A DNA stretch of 42,639 bases from a virus. Its lineage: Duplodnaviria > Caudoviricetes. The notes under the pieces were generated by a model that searched no databases, was not told the DNA's origin, and saw only the letters and a program-made list of their open reading frames with translations. A program made the position numbers and the translations under genes. Where the stretch lies: the IMG/VR virus record IMGVR_UViG_3300025687_000095, positions 1 to 42,639 of that record; one strand, 5' to 3'. This document shows, piece after piece, positions 1-9,422 of this stretch; position 1 is the stretch's first letter; each line of letters begins with the position of its first letter.

Positions 1-612
1 GGTGCCGTCGTTTGCAGAGATGGACCCGGTTTCAATGTCGGTCGCATTGACCACATCGTCTTTGAGCAGTACGGAGTCAATGGTGACGCCTGCGCCCAGG
101 GTGGTTTCGCTGATAACGTTAGTTTTCAGCGCCTGTCCGTTGTTGATCTGCAGGTCGTTAGCGCCGGTCGTGTTGCCGTTTGCCAGGATTTCAGACAGCT
201 CGTTGTTGGCACCAACCTGGTTGTCGACATAATCCTTGACCGCAGCCGTGGTCGGGAGAGAGGTGTCGTTGTCGCTACTGTTGAGTCCTTCCGCTTCGGT
301 CACAATCGCCGTTGCTTTGAAGTTATCGACTTCGACATTGCTCAGCGTATTGGTGTCGGCATCTAGTGTTTTGTTAGTGAGCGTTTGAGCATCGGAGGTA
401 CCGACCACGGTGCCGGTCGGATAGGCTTTACCGGAGTCTGCCAAGTCACCATTAGAATCCAGGGCCGCCAGGTTGTTGGCGGTTGCCGGCAGTTTCTTAT
501 TGGCCTTGTCTGAATCGACATTGCTAAAGCCGGTTTCGATGGCTTCCAGGTCAGCCGCTTCGATGAAGTCGACGTTATCGACCTTGGTGTTGGTGTAATA
601 CGGTCCAGCCAT
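1..612 (-). CDS. Tail fibre/spike protein, N-terminal part (runs off the window)
   Basis: Not in the ORF track because it has no stop. ATG at 612 opens a frame to position 1: MAGPYYTNTKVDNVDFIEAADLEAIETGF...VVGTSDAQTLTNKTL...LPTTAAVKDYVD. The QTLTNKT and AVKxYVD motifs are typical of phage fibres; it follows the nozzle gene. Confidence 0.75.
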   Translation of the reverse strand, partial: MAGPYYTNTKVDNVDFIEAADLEAIETGFSNVDSDKANKKLPATANNLAALDSNGDLADSGKAYPTGTVVGTSDAQTLTNKTLDADTNTLSNVEVDNFKATAIVTEAEGLNSSDNDTSLPTTAAVKDYVDNQVGANNELSEILANGNTTGANDLQINNGQALKTNVISETTLGAGVTIDSVLLKDDVVNATDIETGSISANDGT

Positions 613-614
613 GT

Positions 615-2093
615 TTATCTCCGTGCTTTCCCTGGTAAATACTCAATCGTTAATCCGTCCAATTCCCACACCGGCTCAATCGCGCTGTTGGATAAGAATC
701 GGAAGTTGGCCCAATCCCCTCGCCCATCTAATTCCATAACGCCTTCATTCAGCGGCGTGCCGCCCAGGCGCGTCGTCCCAAGGGTCGCGCTGCCTAAAAT
801 GGCACTGGAGTCTTCTAGGGCAAGTTCAGTTGAGCGGTTACGGGGTAAGCCCCCGATGCCAAAATAAAAATTGCCGCGCGCCTCGACTGTGACGATGCCG
901 TCGGCTTGTAAATCTGCGCGCAGCCGTCGAAAGCGTTTGACCTGCGACGGCATCTTTAAATTGGTGTAGCCGGTTTCCACGATGGCGAGGATGGCTTCAC
1001 CATCGAAGTTGTTACCGACCTCCATTTGCCGGACATAGCCGTCGTCCGAGCCAAAGTAGATGCGCTCATTGCCGTTGTTGTCTTCGGTGTTACAGACACA
1101 CTGCACCACATGCGGAAACCGCATTTGCGTGATCATCGGCAGCCCATCGGGCGTAAACACAAAGATCAGGCCGGTTCCGTCGTTGAAGAAAATGCGGTAC
1201 TGGTTTTTTGCACGCACCACCGTTGAGCCGGTGACCTGACGCCATTTACCTTCAATCAAATCATCGACTGCGGTTGAGATGATGGCGTCTTCAAAATCAG
1301 AGGATTTTTGCGACGCGCCCAGCTCGGTCAGGCCGCGACTGTCCATAAAGCGCACTGTCGACCCCATCATCTGAATCGACTTGGCGACGGCGCCGGCGTT
1401 GTTGCCGTACTCGCTCATGTCCTCGGCCGCCCAATCCGCTGCTGAGGAGCCACTTAAAATGCTGATCTCGGTTTCAGAAAAGATGCCCAAGCTCCCGTTT
1501 GGGAATTTGGCAAAGCCCGACACAAAGTTGTTCATGACGCGCTCATTGGCGCCACTGGCTAAGGTCCAGCTATGCGGATCACCGATACCTGAGTTTTGAA
1601 TGCTCTTCTGGTACGACAAAAACAGGTGCTTGCGGTGCGCAATAATGTGCGTAGGTACATCGACACCCACACCCGTGGTGATGTCCGTCCAGGTGCTGCC
1701 ATCCCACTCAAAGGCTTTGTGCACACCCGAGACGCCGTACATCTTTTCGGTACCGGCAAACGCGTAGTTCACAAACTCATATACGCCATCCGGGCTTAAT
1801 CCGGTTTTCACGGCGGTCCAGCCGGACCCGGTAGATTCATGCATCGCTGCCGTGAGACCGCCGACTGCATTGCGCAGGGCATAGACTTTGTTGTTGTAAT
1901 GCCAGACGCCGAGTAGCTTGCCCTCGCCGGGCACTTCGGTGGCATCAAACTTGGTGTAGCCAAGTAAGCGGCGATAGCCGCCCAAGCGTTTGCATTCCAC
2001 ATTGCTGCCGACGACCAAGCGACCGGGGTCCAAGGCCGTCGACGGACTGGCCAAATCCAGGCCGCCGCCGAGTTTTACAGGAGCAATGTTCAT
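615..2093 (-). CDS. Tail nozzle / tubular protein B (P22 gp10-like DNA stabilisation protein)
   Basis: 492 aa, beta-propeller-like repeats, C-terminal KRFRRL...L.G.G.W.NF pattern, located after the adaptor gene. Confidence 0.7.
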   Translation of the reverse strand: MNIAPVKLGGGLDLASPSTALDPGRLVVGSNVECKRLGGYRRLLGYTKFDATEVPGEGKLLGVWHYNNKVYALRNAVGGLTAAMHESTGSGWTAVKTGLSPDGVYEFVNYAFAGTEKMYGVSGVHKAFEWDGSTWTDITTGVGVDVPTHIIAHRKHLFLSYQKSIQNSGIGDPHSWTLASGANERVMNNFVSGFAKFPNGSLGIFSETEISILSGSSAADWAAEDMSEYGNNAGAVAKSIQMMGSTVRFMDSRGLTELGASQKSSDFEDAIISTAVDDLIEGKWRQVTGSTVVRAKNQYRIFFNDGTGLIFVFTPDGLPMITQMRFPHVVQCVCNTEDNNGNERIYFGSDDGYVRQMEVGNNFDGEAILAIVETGYTNLKMPSQVKRFRRLRADLQADGIVTVEARGNFYFGIGGLPRNRSTELALEDSSAILGSATLGTTRLGGTPLNEGVMELDGRGDWANFRFLSNSAIEPVWELDGLTIEYLPGKARR

Positions 2094-2806
2094 GACAAAC
2101 CTACACTGAGACCGTCGGATACAGTCGACCAGGTAATGGACTGCGCACTGGGCGCGGTTTCAGTAAAGACCACGGCTTCCGACACCACAGCCACCGGCTC
2201 CATCGGAAACATCTTTGGCAGCACATCACCCACCAGATAACCAAACTGCAGCGTCGTCCCTGCGCCCTCGGGCAGATCGTTCCCGTGGGTAACACTGGCC
2301 GTGGGTCCAAACAGCGCCAACACGCCGGTAACGGAAATCGGTTCTTGACCGATGACCCGTGCCCCGCTGTAGGTGGTGGTGCCGTAGCTGCGGTAAAACC
2401 CGCTCAGCTCCAAACCCGCATGGGCCGATCCACTCAGACCGGTTTGCTCTAGTGCGTGGACCCCTACGGCCACAGGCTCTTGGCCAATGACGCGTGATCC
2501 AACCGCACCGCTCAGCGTGAGCGTGTCCTGCCCGCCTTGCGGCAGGTCGTTGCCGACGCTCAGTAGCGCCGCCGCGCCTGTAAGCGCCAGCGTGCCGGTT
2601 ACGCTGATTGGCTCTTGGCCGATATACAGCGTGGCGGCGTATTCGTTTTTGGTCAGGACCGCGTAATTGCCCAGTGGCTCTTGACCGATGGCCAGCGTCC
2701 CTGCGACGGGGCTGAGTCCAAGCGTGCTGTACGTGCCGGTAAGCTCAACACTCCAACCAAGCTGGGTAGTGCCCAGCGTTGCACTACCCAGCTTTGCGTA
2801 GGCCAT
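2090..2806 (-). CDS. Minor tail/virion protein with internal IGQEP repeats
   Basis: 238 aa, Gly/Thr/Val-rich, four IGQEP repeats; overlaps both neighbours. Confidence 0.6.
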   Translation of the reverse strand: MAYAKLGSATLGTTQLGWSVELTGTYSTLGLSPVAGTLAIGQEPLGNYAVLTKNEYAATLYIGQEPISVTGTLALTGAAALLSVGNDLPQGGQDTLTLSGAVGSRVIGQEPVAVGVHALEQTGLSGSAHAGLELSGFYRSYGTTTYSGARVIGQEPISVTGVLALFGPTASVTHGNDLPEGAGTTLQFGYLVGDVLPKMFPMEPVAVVSEAVVFTETAPSAQSITWSTVSDGLSVGLS

Positions 2807-3240
2807 CAGCTCAACTGAAACAATCCGTTCGCGTTCCAGCGCACGATGAAGTTACTGTTGGTGGAGCGGACGTTGTAGCCGGTATCGTCAAGGTCCATGT
2901 ACCCAATCAAGCGATCGGTGCCGGCCAAAGACGCGCCGGCCTGGCGCACCAATACGATATAGCGTGCGGCGATCGACACCGTGGTGCCGTAAGTCACATC
3001 GTCGGCATCAAACTTCACCGTACCGGCCGATTCGGTAAACACCGGACTGGTCAGCGTCTTCGGTGCGTAATCAGCATCGGCGCAGATGTTGGTGACATCG
3101 GAGTACGTGTCGTGGGTAGCGGCCGGCACGTAGTCCGTGGTCGCCAATACCGCGGTCACCGTGTCATTATCCAAATCGACGGTACCGTCCAAGATGTCTT
3201 TCTTAGCACTGTTATAGAGGGTGAATGATCCGACAGACAT
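2806..3240 (-). CDS. Virion structural protein (beta-rich minor tail/decoration type)
   Basis: 144 aa with GGAG RBS; DL..D.....L...Y.P...HD and final W...GLFQL patterns common in phage tail modules. Confidence 0.65.
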   Translation of the reverse strand: MSVGSFTLYNSAKKDILDGTVDLDNDTVTAVLATTDYVPAATHDTYSDVTNICADADYAPKTLTSPVFTESAGTVKFDADDVTYGTTVSIAARYIVLVRQAGASLAGTDRLIGYMDLDDTGYNVRSTNSNFIVRWNANGLFQLS

Positions 3241-3250
3241 GAATAGCTCC

Positions 3251-3907
3251 TTACGCTAACGGGGTTTCGCCCTGGGCGATCATGGGCGCACTTCTGCGCA
3301 ACAGACGATTGAGTTTCTGCTGATAGCGCATGGCGGCACCTTGGTAGATGTTGGGCGCTTCTTCATACACGCCGTAATACTCCATCGCCTTGTCGACGAT
3401 CATGCTGTGCAAAAACGCAGGGATCACAGGCGTATCGGAGGCGGCGCTCAGTTCGACTGGATGCTTCCAGTACGCCAATTGCACGGTGTAGGTGGCATCC
3501 GGCGTCGGATGCAAAATCAAATCCCCATTCGGAATGAAGATCACGTGCGTGGGGCGCTGTTGTTCCACCACGCCCACGTCTTCACGTTTGTATTCCCAAT
3601 GCGGCATGTGCAGCAACGCGGTTTCGGTTGCTTCCCCTTCGCTGGTCTTAAACACCGTGAAGTATTTAGGGTCCCAAACATTCACGTCGTTGAGCGACGG
3701 GGTGTATTGTTGGGTTCCTGCGGAGGTTTGAAAGCTCACCCGCTTCCACAGGAAGTCCCATTCTGCATCGGCTGCTTGTACCTCAAACCAGGCTTCCTTC
3801 ACCCAATTCACGATCCGCGCGGCATCGCCGCTTTGACCGATAACCGATGCCGGTGCATTGACGCCCATTTCGCGCGCCAAGGCTTGGCAGAGTTCAAGGT
3901 AGTTCAT
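3251..3907 (-). CDS. Head-tail adaptor (tail tubular protein A-like)
   Basis: 218 aa; MNYLELCQ start, WDFL, L.P.PD..Y.V, D.P.IP..H motifs; downstream of capsid gene. Confidence 0.75.
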   Translation of the reverse strand: MNYLELCQALAREMGVNAPASVIGQSGDAARIVNWVKEAWFEVQAADAEWDFLWKRVSFQTSAGTQQYTPSLNDVNVWDPKYFTVFKTSEGEATETALLHMPHWEYKREDVGVVEQQRPTHVIFIPNGDLILHPTPDATYTVQLAYWKHPVELSAASDTPVIPAFLHSMIVDKAMEYYGVYEEAPNIYQGAAMRYQQKLNRLLRRSAPMIAQGETPLA

Positions 3908-3913
3908 GTTCGA

Positions 3914-4285
3914 TTACAGACGGGTGTATGGAAAACGTTTCACGTTACGCCAAATGTCTTCCATGATGGGTTCGCCGTTTTCATCCACCTGGCCGGTTTT
4001 GCGCTTCCCTTCATACTTGGTGTAGATACACTGATCTAGCAGCGCCAAATGCTCTTCGCGGATGTCCACTTCTTCCTCGCGCTTGATCTGAATGGCCATG
4101 CCGTTCACCTGCGCGAAGATCGGTCCTGAGTCTTCGTTGGTGTTGTGAAAAATGACTTTTACGCGGCGGGGTTGATCAACGGTCGGCGCGGCTTCTTTTT
4201 TCGGACGGCTCGGCTTTTTTTCTACCGGAGCGGTCTCGACTTCGCTCTCTTCAAAGAGATCGGAAACGTCGTCTTCAAGACTCAT
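3914..4285 (-). CDS. Hypothetical protein downstream of capsid gene
   Basis: 123 aa, AGGAG RBS, VNG...IKR.E.V motif, ends RFPY. Confidence 0.6.
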   Translation of the reverse strand: MSLEDDVSDLFEESEVETAPVEKKPSRPKKEAAPTVDQPRRVKVIFHNTNEDSGPIFAQVNGMAIQIKREEEVDIREEHLALLDQCIYTKYEGKRKTGQVDENGEPIMEDIWRNVKRFPYTRL

Positions 4286-4297
4286 GGAGTTCTCCTA

Positions 4298-4332
4298 AAT
4301 AAAAGGGGCGACACCCCGAAAGATGTCGCCCC
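4298..4332 (-). terminator. Rho-independent terminator after major capsid gene
   Basis: GGGGCGACA...TGTCGCCCC stem (4305-4313/4324-4332) followed by TTTTATTT on the minus strand. Confidence 0.8.
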
Positions 4333-4353
4333 GGTTTCACCAATCCAGATGGA

Positions 4354-5337
4354 TTAGTTGGTTGCAGCCACCTCGGCACGCACCATCCATGCGTCATTCA
4401 AAATGACAGCGGTGCTGTATGCCTTCCAGCCAGCGTGGTTGCGCTGACCCAGCGGATCAGAATCCGACGGCTTTGCGTTCACGATGGTTGGGGTGATGGA
4501 GTTGCGGCCCTTCAGTGCCACCAGACCAAATGCGTCGCGACCCAAGAAAATGATCGGATACACATCCGCGCTGGTGCCGGTGGTGGTGATCATGGAACCG
4601 GCAGCGCCGCCCGCATCGGCCCATGGCGCGATGACGGTTGAAGAGACGTAACGTACGTCTTCGACCTTACCGATTTCAGATTCCCACGGAGACATGGAGC
4701 CGTATTTTTCTGGCGGTACAAAACCGCTCAGACCACGGATGTCACCTTCCAGGTCCGGGTGGACAATGCCCACGTAGCTCGGTGCTACGTTTTCAGTGCC
4801 GTACGCGGCAGTCGAGCGCACCACCTTGGTGAGCGGACGTGCGTTCTGGCGCTTGAGGTCACGCACGCACTGACGCTGCAGGGACAGGCTCAATGCAGTG
4901 TTGACCGCATTGCGCGCAGCACCGTTGGCATAACGCACGTTGGAGCCGGCCTTGAGCACATTGAAACGAATGGTCTCAATGGTCTGTGCCGCCTGTTCGC
5001 CCAGGACATCCACCGCTTCCTGCAGTACCGGGTCCTCGTGGGTATCCATCACCTTATCGGTAATGGTCACCAGGTCACCGTACTGACTGACCTGTGCGGT
5101 CACGTCGGTTGCGCTGAGCTGCTTGGCCGTCGGGGTGACGCCTTCGGTCATCGGCGTGGTTGCCAGTGACAGGGCGTTGTAGCGACGGAATTTAATGGTG
5201 TCGGACTTCTTGGCCGGCAGGGTTTTTGCCTGACCAAACTTCTCGATTACCAGGAACGGGATGGCGCGCTTGAGCAGTTCACGCTCTGCGTAGACGCCGG
5301 TACGCGGTGAAATATCACCATATTCAGTCGTAGCCAT
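4354..5337 (-). CDS. Major capsid protein, N4-gp56 family
   Basis: 327 aa; YGDISPRT, TIKFRRY, EGVTP, QYG, EIG.VE.VR, SDPLGQR...GWK motifs; GAGG RBS. Confidence 0.9.
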   Translation of the reverse strand: MATTEYGDISPRTGVYAERELLKRAIPFLVIEKFGQAKTLPAKKSDTIKFRRYNALSLATTPMTEGVTPTAKQLSATDVTAQVSQYGDLVTITDKVMDTHEDPVLQEAVDVLGEQAAQTIETIRFNVLKAGSNVRYANGAARNAVNTALSLSLQRQCVRDLKRQNARPLTKVVRSTAAYGTENVAPSYVGIVHPDLEGDIRGLSGFVPPEKYGSMSPWESEIGKVEDVRYVSSTVIAPWADAGGAAGSMITTTGTSADVYPIIFLGRDAFGLVALKGRNSITPTIVNAKPSDSDPLGQRNHAGWKAYSTAVILNDAWMVRAEVAATN

Positions 5338-5349
5338 GTGGAATTACCT

Positions 5350-6276
5350 CTATCGTCTTCCGTAGTCAGGATCGTGGCGTTCCAGGTATTCAAATAAGGC
5401 ATCGGGGTCATCCGGACTGGAGCCACCAATGCCTCGACCGCCACCGCGCGTACTGGGCGATTGCCCTTGGCTCAGTTGACGTTCACGTTTTGCCTGGATT
5501 TGTGCCACACGTTCGTTTGGCGCTGGTGCAGGTTGAGCCTGGGCCAGACCGCGAGCTTGCTTGTAATACGTCAGCAAGGTCGCTGCATCGGCAGCATCAT
5601 CTGATTTCACCAACATTTGTACGGAGGCCGGTTGCTGCTCTACCCAATGTCTGAATTCACTGCTTCGTGCCGTCTCACGCCAATTGGGGTGAATCGACTC
5701 TAAGGCTTGTTCCTGCGATTGCTTGTAGCGGGTTTGTTCCGCTGCCTGAAATGGCCGGATTGCCTCGTTGACAATGTTTCGGACCTTGGTGTCATCAACA
5801 CCGCTTCCGTTTACAGCACCACGGGACAAGGCGGTTGCCAGTGCCGTCGCTGCTTTTTCTTCGTCACCGGACATTAAAAGGTCAACGACCTGTCGGGCGA
5901 CTTTCTGCGCATCCTGCTGCGGAATCGCATTTGATTCGGCAGTCGTGGAATTTGCTGCACCAGTTCGAGACTGCTTTAGCTGCAGCTCAAGCTGGTTAAT
6001 CTTTTGCTGGTACGCACTCACGCGACCGGAGTTGGAGCGTACGTTTTGCTGCAACTGCGCAATGGTTTGTTGCGCAGTGCGGTATTCCTTTTCCCAATCT
6101 TGTTGCGCTTGGGTGGGCGCGGCGTCTTCTGCGGGTTCTTCCGCGGGCGCTTCGTCTTCAGCTACATCCTCTAGCGTTTCTTCGGCGGCTTCGGATAGCC
6201 CTTCTTCCCCTTGGTCGAACAACTCATTCAGGTCATCCTCAGACAGTTCTTTTTCAGCAACAGCGGCTTCGCTCAT
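5350..6276 (-). CDS. Capsid scaffolding protein
   Basis: 308 aa, acidic N-terminus, coiled coil, HP.W motif; between portal and capsid genes. Confidence 0.75.
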   Translation of the reverse strand: MSEAAVAEKELSEDDLNELFDQGEEGLSEAAEETLEDVAEDEAPAEEPAEDAAPTQAQQDWEKEYRTAQQTIAQLQQNVRSNSGRVSAYQQKINQLELQLKQSRTGAANSTTAESNAIPQQDAQKVARQVVDLLMSGDEEKAATALATALSRGAVNGSGVDDTKVRNIVNEAIRPFQAAEQTRYKQSQEQALESIHPNWRETARSSEFRHWVEQQPASVQMLVKSDDAADAATLLTYYKQARGLAQAQPAPAPNERVAQIQAKRERQLSQGQSPSTRGGGRGIGGSSPDDPDALFEYLERHDPDYGRR

Positions 6277-6314
6277 GGGTGTGCTCCATTAGTCCGCACC
6301 AGGCGGCGTAAGGC

Positions 6315-6515
6315 TTAGGAATCACCCAAGTCGCGGGATGCGTTAGCATCCGGCAAAGACTTGAGTGCGCGGAGGGCTTGAATAAAGCCCCGGTGGTATT
6401 GGGTAAACTCAATGGTCAGCGTGCTGTCTTCCAACAAATCACGCTGCACCTCAATCTGCTCGTCGGCCCATTTCACAACAGTGCGCCATTCCGACGACTT
6501 CACATCCAGCTTCAA
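6315..6515 (-). CDS. Small hypothetical head-module protein
   Basis: 66 aa, TTG start overlapping the portal stop; RG.IQAL..L..LP motif typical of the small gene after podoviral portals. Confidence 0.6.
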   Translation of the reverse strand: MKLDVKSSEWRTVVKWADEQIEVQRDLLEDSTLTIEFTQYHRGFIQALRALKSLPDANASRDLGDS

Positions 6516-8674
6516 ATGCCGCTCCCTAAGCGACGCTTGAGCTGCATCTCTAAGCGCTTATTGTTTTCACGCATCATTGCCACGCCCTGGCGCGCTTTGT
6601 CGCCTTGCAAGCGTTGTGTAATGGCCGCAGCGTTAGTGTTCTCTTGGGTGGTCAACTTCGCCAGGGCCAACTCACGCTCTTGCGTGAGTTCCGCGGCACG
6701 CAATTGCCCCTTGATCTCAATCTCTTGCTTACGCAATGCCTGTTGCGCTTGTGCGTTTTGCGCATCCAATTGCAAACGGGCTTCCGCCAAGGGGTCTACC
6801 GGCGCCTGCTGCATCTGCGCCATCTCATCGATCTTTTGTTGAATCTCTTCGTCGGTGTACATGAATTCCGTGGAATCAATCTGCATCGACGAAATGACTT
6901 TCTTAAACAGCTTGGTGAAATCGACCATGTGCGCAAAGTTCGGGTTCTGCGCCAGGCCCACCAAATTCATCATGTTTTGCTGCTGCACCTCTTTCACCAA
7001 CAGCGCTGAGCTGCCGCGGGCAACAATCTCAAAGTCACCCTTGACCTCTTCCTTGTCGGAAAACTGCATGTTCCAGTCGTACAAGCGATGGATAAACGGC
7101 TTGGTAATGTCGTCGTCCCAGTTCTTCACCGCACGCCGCAACAGCGTGTTGGCCTGGTTCATCAGCATCGACATGCCCGTGGCCGTTTGCACCGGGGTGG
7201 GTCCCACCTCACCTTGCGCCACTGCCGGAATCCCGGACTCCTCACGCGCCATCTGCAGCGCCTGATTGAAGATCCCCAACAGTTCGTTCAAATGGCTGTT
7301 GGTTTCATACTTCGCAAACGCCTGCGAGACATTCACGCCCGGCGTCTTCACCCGCCAATACTTACCCGGCTTGGACACCCACTCGCCGTCTACCGGCTCG
7401 ATCACCGCATCGTTCACCACCGTTTCCGGAATGGCCGTACGACCGGCGTTGTCCATCGCCATGCGCCATGCGCCATTGATTACCGACTGTGAATTGCGCA
7501 ACAAATACGGCAGTCCGTAACCAAAAATACTGGAGTCGTCTTGCTCCCAATTGAACACGCTGTAGGGCAAATCGCCGGTGTCCATGGGATTGATTTCGGC
7601 GTAAATCACCTCGCCATCACAAAACCACACCACGCCGTTCACTTCGGTCAGGTGGTCATCGTGATCCACCTCGGCGCCACAGGCTTCCAAGTCGTCTTTG
7701 TCGATCGGACCGTGGTACTCCCACACCTCATAGCGATAGCGCCCAACCTCTTCCAGGCCACTGATACGGCGCATCTCGGCCAGGTGCGTTGCGGTTTGCT
7801 CGCGATCCTTCTCGTTCATCAGCACGCGATTGATCTGCGCGCTGAAAAACCCTGGCTGCTTGGCCAGGTCGCGTAATTCCTTGCGGCTCATCACATGGCG
7901 CTGGAATACAAACTCCGCCTCGCTCATGCGTCGTGCGCTCATGTCGGGAAAGAAATCCCACGGATCAACGCGCTCGGCCCACGGACGCATGTCGCGCGTC
8001 ATTTCCAGTACACGCACCGTTTGCCCCGTAGCCGGGTCATCCATCTTGCCCCAGCGCTTGCGCACACGACCGCGAATGACCGGACCCTTGATAATGGCCG
8101 TGCCGTACAAACACGCATCGTGAATCGCATCACGACAGGTCGACGCCCACTTGGCTTCGGCCAATTGATCATCCATCTCTTCGCGCATGGCATCGGCGCG
8201 TTTGCGCGCTTCGCGCATCAACTCATCTTTAACGCCCTTGGCAAAATCCCGCTTTTGAATCGGATTGCCTTCTGGGGTCATACCAATCGGGTCTTCGTTT
8301 TCATCCCAGTTGGGGATGTCCGGCACCGGCGTTGGGCTGATGTCCCAATTGCGATCGTCGGTGGGAAACAGAATGTCCGCCAGGCGTGCTTCTGAGCTGT
8401 TGATCATCGGCCGCGTGATGTTCACAAACACCGAGGACTTACCGGCCTTCTTCAGATTGGTCAGGGTCGCAACGTCGTATTGCCCGTTGAACTGACGCAA
8501 ATCTTCCAGCCAACGGTTTTCAATACCGTCTCGCCATTTACTCAAGTCTTCGGCTTGCGCTTGCAGAGACGCACCCAGCTCGGCCATTTTCTCGGCAGCA
8601 ACACGCTCGGCTTCCAGGCGTGCTTGATCCAGGTCGATCAATTCAGCGGCGTTGATGGGAATGGCTGGGTTCAT
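6512..8674 (-). CDS. Portal protein
   Basis: About 720 aa (ATG 8674 preferred over the GTG at 8701); FVNITR, YGTAI.KGP, VDPWDFFPD, TATGMSML motifs and a Q-rich C-terminal helical barrel. Confidence 0.88.
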   Translation of the reverse strand: MNPAIPINAAELIDLDQARLEAERVAAEKMAELGASLQAQAEDLSKWRDGIENRWLEDLRQFNGQYDVATLTNLKKAGKSSVFVNITRPMINSSEARLADILFPTDDRNWDISPTPVPDIPNWDENEDPIGMTPEGNPIQKRDFAKGVKDELMREARKRADAMREEMDDQLAEAKWASTCRDAIHDACLYGTAIIKGPVIRGRVRKRWGKMDDPATGQTVRVLEMTRDMRPWAERVDPWDFFPDMSARRMSEAEFVFQRHVMSRKELRDLAKQPGFFSAQINRVLMNEKDREQTATHLAEMRRISGLEEVGRYRYEVWEYHGPIDKDDLEACGAEVDHDDHLTEVNGVVWFCDGEVIYAEINPMDTGDLPYSVFNWEQDDSSIFGYGLPYLLRNSQSVINGAWRMAMDNAGRTAIPETVVNDAVIEPVDGEWVSKPGKYWRVKTPGVNVSQAFAKYETNSHLNELLGIFNQALQMAREESGIPAVAQGEVGPTPVQTATGMSMLMNQANTLLRRAVKNWDDDITKPFIHRLYDWNMQFSDKEEVKGDFEIVARGSSALLVKEVQQQNMMNLVGLAQNPNFAHMVDFTKLFKKVISSMQIDSTEFMYTDEEIQQKIDEMAQMQQAPVDPLAEARLQLDAQNAQAQQALRKQEIEIKGQLRAAELTQERELALAKLTTQENTNAAAITQRLQGDKARQGVAMMRENNKRLEMQLKRRLGSGI

Positions 8675-8756
8675 GCGGCTCTTTGCATAGGGCGCCCGCA
8701 CTTTCCGTCAAAGCGTACCGTCTTAAATGAGAAGTCTGCGGAAAGGTATTGGGCAT

Positions 8757-8781
8757 AAAAAAACCCGCCGGTGGGCGGGTT
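8757..8781 (-). terminator. tR'-like terminator between late promoter and portal
   Basis: AACCCGCCCACCGGCGGGTT followed by a T run on the minus strand. Confidence 0.8.
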
Positions 8782-8830
8782 AAGCTGGAGGAGATCATGC
8801 ACTTCAAAAGTCGGTACGGGCAAAACTCCC

Positions 8831-8871
8831 AAGATAGCGCGGACCTTACCTGAAACGGGGCGCAAAGTCAA
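8831..8871 (-). promoter_or_regulatory. Sigma70 late promoter (pR'-like) with promoter-proximal -10-like pause element
   Basis: TTGACT (8871-8866), 17 nt, TAAGGT (8848-8843), 6 nt, TATCTT (8836-8831). Confidence 0.7.
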
Positions 8872-8901
8872 GCATTTTCCTTTTAAAATCAACACGTTGC
8901 T

Positions 8902-8917
8902 ACAACCTTTTGGTTGT
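8902..8917. promoter_or_regulatory. Putative repressor operator ACAAC-N6-GTTGT
   Basis: ACAACCTTTTGGTTGT; same consensus as 14343-14358 and 15383-15398. Confidence 0.5.
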
Positions 8918-9041
8918 AGGTTTGAAAAGTTTACCCGCGCTATTTTTCCCCCTATTCCCACACACCCACAGCGCGCTTGGGGTGTGCATGGGGGTCGCAA
9001 CACCCCCCGGCCCTGTTTGAAAAAATCCGCGCCTTTTTTCT

Positions 9042-9422
9042 TCACCCGCGCGCCAACGACAACGCGGCTTCAATCCACACGTGCGCATCATTGAGGTTGC
9101 GCCAAAACGCACCGCTCGGTTTCTTATCTGCATCCCATGCCTGGCAGTAACGCACCTCCAGCGCCACGCGACACGGCGCAGGCATCCGGCGAATGGCTAA
9201 GTCCACGGTGGCCAAGCGTCGCGGCATCATGACCTCGGGCGCCCGGCTACCGCCGCTGCCCCCATTGCCCAACATGCCGTCGCGCATTCGGGACTCAGCC
9301 GTCATCTTGGGAAAGCCGATGCAACTCTGCTCCAGCATGCGGCAATTCCAAGTTGCCCATTCCAGGATCAGCTCTTCGATGTATTGATTGATGCGTGCTT
9401 TGCGTCCCATGTCAGTACCCAA
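9042..9422 (-). CDS. Antitermination protein Q-like late regulator
   Basis: 126 aa; L.EWA.W, GFP, VD.AI..MP, LEVRY pattern; directly upstream of the promoter/terminator pair. Confidence 0.65.
   Translation of the reverse strand: MGTDMGRKARINQYIEELILEWATWNCRMLEQSCIGFPKMTAESRMRDGMLGNGGSGGSRAPEVMMPRRLATVDLAIRRMPAPCRVALEVRYCQAWDADKKPSGAFWRNLNDAHVWIEAALSLARG

Noticed and set aside
8671-9133. ORFs in the gap between Q-like gene and portal
   Set aside because: Region is explained by promoter, operator, hairpins and terminator; translations lack protein-like composition.
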